DNA from: Chrysomallon squamiferum
Taxonomy: Eukaryota > Animalia > Mollusca
DNA: 64,000 bases
Assembly (NCBI GenBank): GCA_012295275.1
Contig: CM022666.1
Location: 3,038,001-3,102,000 of the forward strand
Direction: 5' to 3'
Shown piece after piece: positions 1 to 20,433 of the stretch. The notes under the pieces are model-generated. The model worked only from the letters and a program-made list of their open reading frames with translations, ran no database searches and was not told where the DNA came from. The position numbers and the translations under genes were made by a program. The stretch's first letter is position 1; the number at the start of each line of letters is the position of its first letter.

Positions 1-411
1 AATAAATTGTTAAGCACGTCTATCCTGGTAACAGAATATTAAGAATTTTATTTAGGATGTCTTAAGGCTGAATTAGGTCTTTATCATGATGACGTCAATA
101 TGTTGAAAGGCCAGTAGATCTGATATCCAGGGTTCAGATACCCATCTATAGAATTAACAGTGGATGGGATGCCATTTTGTTATTTATTTTCTTCTCTTTT
201 ATTTTATTTTATTAATTCATTTATTTATTTTTATTTTTATTATTATTATTTTATCTTTATCTTAATTTAATTTAATTTAATTTTTATTTATTTATTTAAT
301 ATTTATTATTTATTTATTCATTTATTATTTATTTTATTTTTCATTTATTTTAGTTTTTATTATTTATTTTATTTTTTATCTTAATTTAATTTAATTTTAT
401 TTTATTTTGAT

Positions 412-474
<63 letters not shown>

Positions 475-1079
475 CTTATATATTTATTTATGTATTTTTA
501 TTATTATTTTTTTTTTTTATTATTACTATTTTTTTATTCCGTTTAAAATACACCCATTATTCATTAAAATCATGAAACCTAACAAAACGGCTAATAAACA
601 TTATTGATGGTACGTTAAACACACACGCATGCTCCCAGTAACGTCAACAGATGAACGTTTTCGTTTTCTTTACAAGGAAAAATACTTCATCCTGAAACAG
701 AAGCCATCCTACGTATTCAAGAGTTTAATTAAAATTCAACCGCAGTAAAATGGACACTGAATTCAAACATTTTGTTGCTGTCGTAACAGCAGTGTATTTA
801 ATCACAAAGATGTCCGTGTGTTTGTGTTTCTGTATAACAGTATGTAACAAGACATGGACACAGAAACACACATGCACAGATATATATATACATATATACA
901 CATATACATATATACATACATACATATATGTCTATTTCTACATATGTATGTGTGTATATGTATGTATGTTTGTATTTACATATGCACCTATATGTATGAA
1001 TCTAAACCGATTAAAACGTTGCTGCTATTCGATAACACGTAATGAAACTCGACTTAGGAAAACCTAGATTTCCAGGGAA

Positions 1080-1760
1080 GTAAACAGGAAAACTCTTTGT
1101 TCTCGGCTTGTGTTACGTCATTTCCGGTGGCGGCTATTATTTCATGACCGATACACGTCGGAAACGGAATAATTCATGAGTCGGAAGCAAGTTCCTGCCA
1201 AGATCAGGGGTATCAATCACTGAATGCTGAACAGGACGTGCGTGCTTGAACCGTCGTCTGAAACGACGTTGTTCCTTCCATCCAGAACCACCTTGACTGC
1301 GTATGTTAAATAAAATAATCGGTGACTTGTTGTATGAAAAAGAGACGACGGAACGTTATCATAAACGTGGTTATTGTATGTGCATGAATGAGGGTATGTG
1401 TATGTGTGTATGTGGTGTGTGTGTGTGTGTACGTGGTGTGTGTGTGTATGTTTGTGCGCGCGCGCGCGTTTCTTTATCCGTTTTTCGCTGACTCTATTTC
1501 TCTCAGTCTGTCTTTCTCTTTCTATTTTTTCTCTGTTTTACTCTATATATATCTATTTATCTGTCTATTTTAATCTGTCTATTTATCTACCTGGCTGTCC
1601 ATCTATATATGTCTATTTATCTAATTATTCTACTCTGTCTATATATCTGTTTATCTATCCATCTATACATCTGTATGTCTATTTAACCATCTAATTCAAC
1701 TCTCTTCATTACCCACCCCTCTGAATTTAACAGGGACTTTTCAGATAACAGAATTAAATT

Positions 1761-1801
<41 letters not shown>

Positions 1802-2033
1802 CTGTTAGAACAGTTGCAATTAGTTCTAATTTTCCCGTTCTCGTTGGAGACAAAAGAGGAAATTTGTTGATTTCATTAAACGAAAATCACTACTCACGAT
1901 GACTCACGACCAGTGTTATGTGTAAAACTCACGCTACGGTGCAATGATCTTTTGCCATCCCGTCATTGTCTTGTGACTGGGATGTCACCGCAGTTAAGCG
2001 ATTTTGAAATATGGAGGGAAAATATCGTTTTTT

Positions 2034-2120
<87 letters not shown>

Positions 2121-4380
2121 GTGATCGATTATGGTCTAGGGGGCTTTTGGATCTTAAGGGCCTTTTCTTTCTTTCTTTTTTTCTTTTCTTTTCCTTTATT
2201 TTTTTTAATTTAAATATTAAATTTTTTTCTCCAGCTTTCTTAATTCAAGATGCAGATAATGGCAAGAAGTCTGTTCAATAGATCCAATATTTTCTCTTTT
2301 CATTTATTTTGAAGACACCACTCGCATATTTTTCCCCAAAGATTTATTTTTTATTTTTATTTTTTATTTGTTATAACAAAATCGTATTAACCCTACTCTG
2401 AGTTTCTTTATTTTATATGTCTATCTGTCTTTCTGTCCAAAGACATTCATACCAAAAGATACACACAGACCGACAGACAGAAAGACAGACAGATTATAGG
2501 ACGCAGATGAACGGGTATAGATAAATGTTTAAATAGACAGACAGGTAAGTAGGTAGGAATGCAGATGGGTTCGTAGGCAGACAGGTGAACGGGTGATGGT
2601 TAGTCAAATATAAAAAAAAAATATGTAGAGATAGATGTAAAGTATATTCAATAGCGAGTGCATTTTGTTACATTAAACTCCTAACCCCACGATAATAACA
2701 ACTAAAAAATTTTATATAATATTTAAAAATGAAATATAGAATAATTTTTTTTTTTAAAATCCGAGATCGATAAAAATGGTGCCAAGGTGGCTTGTGGTCG
2801 AGTGTCTGCAATAAATCAGGCAGACGAGAATGAATTATTTGTGTTTTCTAGTGACGTATGTAATCCACATACTTGTCGCGTCTAGACTGCGCGCGCGCGC
2901 TTTCCCTCCGATACGTACAACATTCAGATTAGCAGACGACGCTAGCGTGTCATTCTTGTTACCTGATAAAAACTTACATCGGGGAAACATTAAAACGTGT
3001 TATTTTATTTTTCTCTTGTATAATTGATTGAGTGCTGCAGTACTGAAATAGAGACTACTATTCTCTGATGGAAATTAAACAGGATATGGTTAGGTCGTTT
3101 TGGCGCCAAATTCCCTGGCTCCGCAGAGACGGATAACAATCCTGTCTACAATAAACATTGTATCTATCAATTTGTCGCAATTCATTGTTTTTTTTTTTTC
3201 TTTTCTCCTGCACATTAAAGAGCATTTATTAATTAGTGTTTAATACCGTGGAAAATATGACAATTGACAGCGTTTGTAACAGTATATGTTGAAAAGTATT
3301 ATTTTATAAAAATAAGTTCCAATTTAAATAAATAAATAAATAGTAATAATAATAATAATTAAAACTTTTTTTTTTCAAAGTATTTTCGTTCCAGTCTGGA
3401 GCTAGAACCCTTCTAAGACCGATATATCAAAATGGCCGGACTATATTATTTTCCAGTTCTGCGAAGGTGCGTGCAAAATATTTAATGTAATTCTCAGAAA
3501 CATGGAGTGAATAAATAATACAGCAGCATGACGAAATTTAAGAGAAAACAACTGGGATTGTAGAGGAAGAAAGAGAGACAGATAAAGGAATCAGAGAAAT
3601 GTGAAAGATAAAGTTACACATCCCAAACTGCGGTTGTGAATGTTGTCCATTACTTGTGTACACTTTACTGATTGGAACATGCGCACGGTCGCGCACACTA
3701 ATATACCTGTAAATTCGTAAATGTCATTATAGCAAAACAACGACTACCACTACTATCGATGCTACTGTTGCTGCTGCTGTTGCTACTTCTTCTATTACTG
3801 TTGATGCTATTACCATTACGGTATTGCAGATATTACTAATAAAAATGAATTTCAGTAATGGGTATTTTCCAAGTAAAAGCAAAAAAGCAAGATAATATAA
3901 CAATAGCAATAACAAGACTGCGGTATTAATAAACAAGAGAATTTTTATTGATATATTTTTAATTATATTATTATTTTTTTATAGCTAGTGCGGCTCAGAT
4001 TTTCGAGAAAAAATTACCGCTACCCTTTGATGAACAAAAGCGATCAAATTTAATAATCATTCTTCGTTAATCCGCCATTTTTCCTGACATCAAACAACCT
4101 TTTTCGTTTAGCCTTTATTCACCTGTTCAAACGAAACTGCCGTGTTCTAGCGATTTTCCTCTCCGGTATCGCATTAGTTATTAGAATCTCGTGTAACGAG
4201 TGGCATCGGCTGTCACGACACCGTTTCGCTGATCCGGTATCGCTGTCTTGACAATGCAGGCCCCGTCGCCGTAACTGAAAAGCTAAACAAATGAATCTGG
4301 CGATCAGCCGGATACTGTTATCTCTACAACCAACCCTGATTTACAAGGATGAGTTTGGCGCCAACGACTTAATGAGTCTG
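1080..4380 (-). promoter_or_regulatory. CpG-enriched multi-promoter region, probably for a gene whose coding part lies left of the window
   Basis: E2F-type palindromes TTTGGCGCCAAA (3099-3110) and TTTGGCGCCAA (4354-4364), ETS/CRE-like motifs at 1110-1190, and minus-strand donors CAG|GTAACA (2963/2962) and CAG|GTGAAT (4123/4122). No coding exon was recognised. Confidence 0.35.
2036..2116. repeat. (CT)n microsatellite
   Basis: Direct reading. Similar tracts at 4607-4673 and 10455-10514, and (GA)n at 56342-56420. Confidence 0.95.
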
Positions 4381-4604
4381 CTCAGAATGTATTATACTTT
4401 ATGGCTTTTTTTTTTCCTTTTCAATTTTTTTTTTTAATATTCTGATGAGTTACTCTTTTCTAATTATAATTTTATAACATGTTCGTCTGAACTAATGTAA
4501 CGAACTATCATAATTATATGTCGCTCTTTGTGTTTTTTTTTGGTTTCATAATAGTTATAAATTGTTATTAGATGGAAGAATGTTTTTTTAAAAAGTTAAA
4601 TGAT

Positions 4605-4683
<79 letters not shown>

Positions 4684-6209
4684 GATTTTGATAACAAACT
4701 CGCAGAACCTCTGATGTTCAAGAAAAACCAAGATGGCGGGCAGCTGTCAACAGTTTGAAGGTAACGCTGAGAATCTTATTCATCTGTGCTCCTCCAAACA
4801 TCCTCTTAGCTGTTTCCTTCTGTTGGGATTATTAAAAGTCAAGGTATATACTGCCCTGCGTATTGAACAAACGATATCCCTAAGTGTAAAACAATGAAAA
4901 GTAATGGCAACAGCAGATTTTTCTTTCTCATCGTCTGTATAATCCTTAAAAACGAATACGATGATGTTCAAGCTTTGATGAGAAATTTATTGGGAGCCAA
5001 GGTAACTAAATCTATTCTGTCTTACTTCGGTAATATAATATAATGTAAAAGAATAAAACATAACATTATGGAATGGAATGGAATACAATACGCAATCTTC
5101 CATTTTGTTGGTCTTTTGGGAAATAAACCATGCTGCAATCCCCTATTGTTTCATCATTTGCTATCCTTGACTGCTTCAGTAATATATAAGAAAAGACGCG
5201 GGCACAGTGAGGTGACCCCCTTCAAGATAAATCACAATTTCTATAATGATGGCGAAAACCAATTTGCTGTTTCTCTGCTCGGTTGCATCAAATATTTCAT
5301 TAAAACAAATTTATTTTCACAGATCATTTCATGAATTTTTGGGAACTTTATTCAGATTTACTCTGTCGACAGCCCAAAAGGACTCAGATTCTTGTGGACA
5401 TCAAATATCATGTTTCATGTTAAAAGTTCTGCACAGTCGCTGAATTTACATATTTGTTATATATATATATATGAACTCCTTTAGTAAACCTATCGCGAGG
5501 ACTGATCCAGAAACCCATCACACCTCAGCCATGCACTCTGACATATGAACCACATTGGCTTTCGTCATCAATGCATCATTATTAAATGTACTAATAAAAT
5601 TATTATGGACGCCTCGTTTTAAAATTATTAACACCGGCTCCCATTGAATACAAATGGACGTTAAAGAGGGTTTATTCATAATGCATACACCAATCCACAG
5701 CAGGGGGTAAAGTGGTTCGTGAATGTATTATTTTTTTGTCAAGAATACATCATAATTTTGTTGGATTTTTTTTTTTTTTTTTTTTTAAATAAAGCAGCTT
5801 TATTACATTTTTATCTGAATTTTCTTTTTTTTTTCTCTTTTTTTTGACCAATTTATATGCGAAATATATTAACAACTAAATAACGTAATTAAAATATATT
5901 AATAATAAAAAATAAAATAAAATATATAAAATTAAAATAATAATAGTAAAATACAGAAAAAACAAACATACATATTCGTTCCTTAAATAAATCACCATAA
6001 GAAGGAAAACTACTACTAGTAACAACTGCTACTACAACTACTCTTACACTGATAATGAAAACCAGTTGTAAATGCATCCTGCGCCCGCCCCAATAAATAA
6101 ATAAATAATAATAATAACAATAAGAAAAAAACATTAAAAAATAGGAAAAAAAAAAACAGTTGAATAACCAGTTTTGAAGAATGTACTAAAACAGCTTAGG
6201 TAGCTATTC

Positions 6210-6268
6210 AGAACATTTCCGGTGCAAGGGAAACAACTCTGATTTAGAAGCGGTAACTTTGGTGCAAA

Positions 6269-6280
<12 letters not shown>
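6210..6280 (+). promoter_or_regulatory. SUCLA2 proximal promoter/TSS region
   Basis: ETS-like TTCCGG (6217-6222) and a YY1-type AAAATGGCG overlapping the start codon, typical of TATA-less housekeeping promoters. Confidence 0.45.
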
Positions 6281-14695
<8,415 letters not shown>

Positions 14696-15175
14696 ATTTT
14701 ATAAAATTAATATTTAAATTAGCCACCATGATGAAGTAATTGTTGTTTTGTTTTTTTGTTTTTATTTTGTGAATACTGTACATATAGGTTTAAAACAGTA
14801 TTGTTTAAAAACAAAAAACACAAAAAAACATGGCGTTGAAAAGAATATAAATGTTTTTGTTATTATTATAGGTATTATTATTATTTTATTACTGTAAACT
14901 TTTTGTTTTGAATTTACAAGAGCACCATCTATTTTTATTTTTATTTTCTGTTTATATATACAGTTATATATAAATTTCCGGTTCTAGAAATTATTTAAAT
15001 TTCTTTTATTTTTATCTTTCTTAATAATTATTACTGTTATATTCATTTTTTTTTTTTTTATAATATATCGTCACAAATCTCAAAATGTTTTGGTTTCATG
15101 GCTTTATTGGTGTTTTTTTGAAATCTAAAACAGCTGAATTGAATAGCTATTTTGTAATTTACAATTTGAATACCA

Positions 15176-15216
<41 letters not shown>

Positions 15217-15327
15217 ATCTGAAAAGATTTTAATATAGCATAACCTTTATAATATTTATTAAAAAAATTTGATTTATTGTTTTACTGACTTTTAGTTTGT
15301 AGATTAGATAATAGGAAACTAATGATA

Positions 15328-15365
<38 letters not shown>

Positions 15366-15725
15366 TTTCTGGAAGGTAACTAATAATAAAATATATATGA
15401 CATACAGAAATAATTATCAGTAGGCTTATGGAAAATGTAGTTAGAGATATCTAGTTAAATAAACATGCTCAGATACAGACTAATACAGACAGTCACAGAT
15501 TCTAGTATACATGTAGACAAACATTATAAATACATACACCAGAAATATCTTACTTGCAGATGTCTGTCTCTTTGTCAGTCACACTGTCTGTTTGTCTCAT
15601 ATCTGCCTATAAATTTATCTGTCTTGATATGTTTGTTCATACATACAAATATATTTACAAACATATGCACAGACACACTTATATATATATATGTATCGTA
15701 AACACGTATCATATGCATACGAATG

Positions 15726-15761
<36 letters not shown>

Positions 15762-15875
15762 CAGACATGCATACAAAAATACAGACATATAAAAATACAC
15801 AAATTCAGAAAACATGTTTGTTTGCACATATGCTTACACACATTAGAAAATATGTGTGTTGTTATTATAATAATG

Positions 15876-15932
<57 letters not shown>

Positions 15933-16715
15933 GCAACAATAATATATATATATATATATAATAATAAATGCCTAAACACAAAATATACACAGATTTGTAA
16001 TTCTGGTAAATAATATAACATCATTTGTTCAACAACATAATGCATGCACACACACACACAGAAAGACATACACACACACAAACACACACAGATAGATGCA
16101 TAGACAGATATATACATTTATAGGGTATTTTTTTTTATTAAATGTGAACTTATGCATTAAAAACTACATGACAGACAACCTTAAAACATACAAAATGTCT
16201 GTTACTGTTACATGTTTAAAGTTTAAAAATAACTATATGAGAGTGTGGTTTAACATTTGAATGTTATTATTTTTATAGTTTTATAAAACAAACTCTTAAA
16301 GCATCATGTTATATATATATACATATGTTAGTGTATGTGTTTTGAAAATAAAACATTTAGAAAAGTGTAGGTAAAATAGATAATGTGTTCAAAAATGATG
16401 TTAATACTCTTATTACACATTAAAATTATTTAACAGTTTTTAATGAAAACTTTTTAAATGTTTATTTCCAGTAAGATCAGAATGTAGGTTCACTATTTTA
16501 GAATTTCATAATAGAAAAACAGCATTACCATTAATAATGCATAATAAGCATATTTATCTCTTATTTCTTTTTCTTTTTTCTTTTCTTTTTTAAAAAAAGA
16601 TTTTTCAGATACAAGTTACTGGCAGAAATGAATACTATCCCAGTGAATTATCCTAAATTATATTTACTTGAAAATTTCTTTTCCTTCTAATCTTTTTGTT
16701 TTCTTTATTGTTATT

Positions 16716-16753
16716 TATTATTATTATTATTGTTATTATTGTTATTATTATTA

Positions 16754-16841
<88 letters not shown>

Positions 16842-16850
16842 TTTATTTGT
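16716..16850. repeat. (TAT)n/(TATT)n microsatellite
   Basis: Direct reading. Similar (AAT)n tracts at 15868-15931 and 43833-44020 explain the poly-Ile/Tyr/Asn ORFs. Confidence 0.9.
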
Positions 16851-17229
16851 TTATAAGGAGAAATATATAAAAATTTAGAAATATTTGTGATACCCTGTGG
16901 TCTTAATCAAATGTACAAGTGTGACAGAAAAATAAAAGTCAATGAAATTTAAACAAATCTGTTTAAAAATGATTTTGTTTATTTTAATTTGTAAAAAAAT
17001 CCAAAATGTCTCAGCTTTATCTTTCAGAGATATATATATTGTCTATTTTGGAAAAATTAAAAAAGAGAAAAGAAATTTAATATGTATTTTATACAAAAAT
17101 AAATAAATAAATAAAAGATATAAATTGTTATCGACTCAAAATTAATTAATAATCTGTTTAAGAATATATATATATTTTTTTTTAAATTCAAAGAAGCATT
17201 AATGTATTAGTAGTAATACTGTCATCATT

Positions 17230-17283
<54 letters not shown>

Positions 17284-17550
17284 TTTATTATTTTCTTTAA
17301 GAATTCAACACACAACAGGTGATACATTTTTACTTATATCAAACAAACAGACATTTTTTTTATCAAGTACCATTTCTTGGGCACACAAAATCCTAAATGG
17401 CCTGCCCAAATTAGTGTTAGTGTGTTAAAATGTTAGTTACAGGGAAAAAAAAATAAAGTGTAATGTTTTTCACTTTTTCAGTTAGATTTGGATATTGGGC
17501 TGTATCAGGATTTGATCTGACAGTCTTCCAGGTAATGATGATGATAACAT

Positions 17551-17590
17551 CATGACTGTAACTAGACTCTTTTTGAAATGAGGCAAAAAC
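17551..17590. mobile_element. Solo left end of the same MITE
   Basis: catgactgtaactagactctttttgaaatgaggcaaaaac matches 20077-20118. Confidence 0.55.
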
Positions 17591-17669
17591 TTATTATTAT
17601 TACTTTTGTTTAATTAAATTTGTCAGAAGTGCCTAAATAATTTTCTGAAAATACTTAACAAGAAATGAC

Positions 17670-18140
17670 TATTTCTTGAAGGTAATATTAAATTTCATAG
17701 CCATTTGACTAGTTACAGTCACAAGCTCCTTAAAATTTAATAAAATGACAATCATCATTGCTATTTGATTAATTATAACTCACTGCCCATTTTAGAATCA
17801 ATAAATTGATCTGGCCATTCGACAATCATAGCTACATGCCACTTAAAACTTAATAAAATGTCAAAGGTCGTGGCTGTTTATCTAATTCTAGCGAAGTACT
17901 CGTTTGAAATCACTAATGATTGTAGCTATTTACTTCTTTTATCAATAAAAGTTGAAGGTCATGGTCATTTATCTACATACTCATAAATATTAATAAAATG
18001 GGTCAAAGTTCATGGCAGTTTAATTTGCTGCCTGTCCTTTATGTAAATGAAATGGTCAAAGGTCATGGTCAATCTAGTTATATATTCATAAAATTAAAAA
18101 CAAATTGTCAAAGATAATCATGACCATTTGAATAATTATT
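17670..18140. repeat. Degenerate ~55-bp minisatellite, ~8 copies
   Basis: Recurrent taataaaatg(g)tcaaaggtcatgg(c/t)cattt units. Confidence 0.7.
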
Positions 18141-18249
18141 ATAGGTTTATATTACTTATGTTGATAGTTATTTTTGTTTAATATCGTTTACTAAAGAACC
18201 CAAACATGACATCTAATAACAATACTAATCATATTTCTTACAGTATATT

Positions 18250-18296
<47 letters not shown>

Positions 18297-19014
18297 ACAC
18301 ATGAAATCATGATATATTAATGTTGTTCAACATCTCTATACAGAGAAAGGAGATTAACAGAAATAAAATATTTTTACGTTTATTGTTCATTTATGAAATA
18401 TATTTGAAATATAATCCTTGACATTTTTAAACCCAAATTTTTTCAGTTTTGTTGAAATTCACATTAAAAAATTGATTGGATGTTTAATATAAAACAGAAA
18501 ATTATTATTTTTTTTGCCTACAAATAAAAATTAATAATGTTAAGTATGTAACATTGAATTGTTATCTGACAACAAATATAACAGACACAGAGTGTGTATA
18601 TGTATATACATACATACATACGTACATACATACACACATATACATCAACAACCTTGCACAGATTAATATATTATTCAACTATTTTTGAATTAGCAATTCA
18701 TATATTGGCTTCTTCCGAGTGAAAATGATGTAACAATATATACATACATAATTGTATATAATTGGAGTTTTTATTGTTGTTTTTTTTTTTTCTTTCTTTT
18801 TGTAACAAAAGTGTGATAGTTATTAGTTAATGTATACAATTATTTGCAAAGAGGAATTCTTGCCTTGATTATAATCAATGTACATATTAATATCTGTATT
18901 TGTGAACCATTTTGAATTATATCAAAAGAAAAGAAAAAAAAAAAAATGAAAGAAATACAGTTATACTTTTGCCATTCATGTTTTGAATTGTTGTTGCTGG
19001 ACATAACATAAGAA

Positions 19015-19390
19015 AAATTTGGTAAAAGTGGCTAATTTTCCGAGAATGGTAAGCAATCTAATGTCATTCTTATGAAAATAGTTGCTTCTGTCAACATAAT
19101 CTTGTGAGAGTGGCAGATTCTTTCAAGCTGGTACTATGTGAATGATCTTATGAAAATAACTTGTTCTATGTGATATTTGCGATTTCTCTTCAATCTGCTC
19201 TTACGAAAGTGTGCAGTTATCTTCAAATCTGTCTTGTGACACTGGTCAGTTCTCTCAAGCCAATCTTATGAAAGTGGCTAATTTTATCAATCTAGTCTTA
19301 TAAGATTGACTAATTTTTTTCTATTCTGTCTTATGAGAGTGGCTAGTTCTTTGAAGTCAAACACTATGGCAGTGGTTATTTCTCATAATT
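19015..19390. repeat. Degenerate ~33-bp minisatellite
   Basis: tctt(a/g)tga(a/g)agtggc-like motif near 19070, 19101, 19147, 19200, 19233, 19266, 19297 and 19330. Confidence 0.7.
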
Positions 19391-20076
19391 TTTTTTTTTT
19401 TTTTCAAAAATCCCAGGAAGATATAACTTATATTGACCTTGCATTGTTAAGCTATGTTAGTGGAATGCAGTCAAACTGTTGAGGAAAAAAAAAAATTTAA
19501 AAGAACTTAGTAAAATTTCTAAGTTTGGTTAGAGAATTGGGGCTTTAATTTAATTTTAATTAATTAATAACATGATTTTTAATTTTAAATTTAATTTTTT
19601 ATTATTATTTTTTTAATTTGTTTTCTTCCAAACATAAACAAAAAACAAAAAAACAACAAAAACAATATAATAATGAAAAAAAAACGTTATATATTTATAT
19701 ATATATAAGCAAATAAAATTCACGTTATACTTTAACTCGTACAAACTTATAAAATATAATCAAAAATATTTGGAAGTTCTGTTTATAAAAATTTGAATTA
19801 TGATTATGGAACATTAATTCTGTTTATGCAGTTTCTTTCCTTTAAAGATATGACGTCATAAACATATTTTATACATAACAATGTACTTATAAATGTTATT
19901 AATTTTATGAGACACTTAGATGTGTAACAGATTTGTGTATTCCATATCTCCTTCAGGAAATCTCTAAAACTTTTTTGTTGTGCGTTCGTAAAAAAACACG
20001 TGATTAAACCACGTAATAAGAATTCACTTATCCTGTAGTGCAAGTTGCCACATTATTCAAAAAACTTTATTAAATA

Positions 20077-20427
20077 CATGGCCGTAACTAGACTGTTTTT
20101 TGAAATGAGGCAAAAACATTTGATCGCAGAGCGGAGGGGGGCAAAAACACTTGTGGGGAGGGGTCTTGGGGCCGCCTAAGTCTTTCATCGCAACGATGTC
20201 GGTAGATTTCAAACCGTAACCGTTGATGTAAACGAATTCATTCAGTGGATATCGTTTCTGTCAGAATAGAGATTTATATTTTATATTTTTTTAAATAAAA
20301 TCTTTGTATATATATATATATATATATAAAGAAAAAAAAAAAAAAAAAAAAAAATAAAATATAAAACAAATCGTCAATTTCGGTAGGGGGCATTTGCTTC
20401 GTTTGCTTCAGTATAGTCACGACCATG
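20077..20427. mobile_element. MITE-like non-autonomous DNA transposon, apparently full-length copy
   Basis: Imperfect terminal inverted repeats CATGGCCGTAACTA...TAGTCACGACCATG with subterminal GAGGCAAA/TTTGC(T/C)TC motifs. No ORF. Homologous copies at 22700-22990 and 17551-17590. Confidence 0.7.
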
Positions 20428-20433
20428 AAATTA

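Noticed and set aside
407-2213. Many 60-105 aa ORFs (IYLF, CVCV, SLSL repeats), and similar ones at 15465-16878, 25485-26604, 42088-44130, 53620-55107 and 57604-57921
   Set aside because: They are translations of (ATTT)n, (GT)n, (CT)n and (AAT)n microsatellites, with no domain motifs or exon structure.
4130-4380. GC-richer segment with GATC motifs, vaguely reminiscent of 7SK or another structured RNA
   Set aside because: Only a short word (cggctgatcgccag) matches and no convincing stems or Pol III promoter were found. A 5' UTR exon explains it better. An Infernal/Rfam search would settle it.
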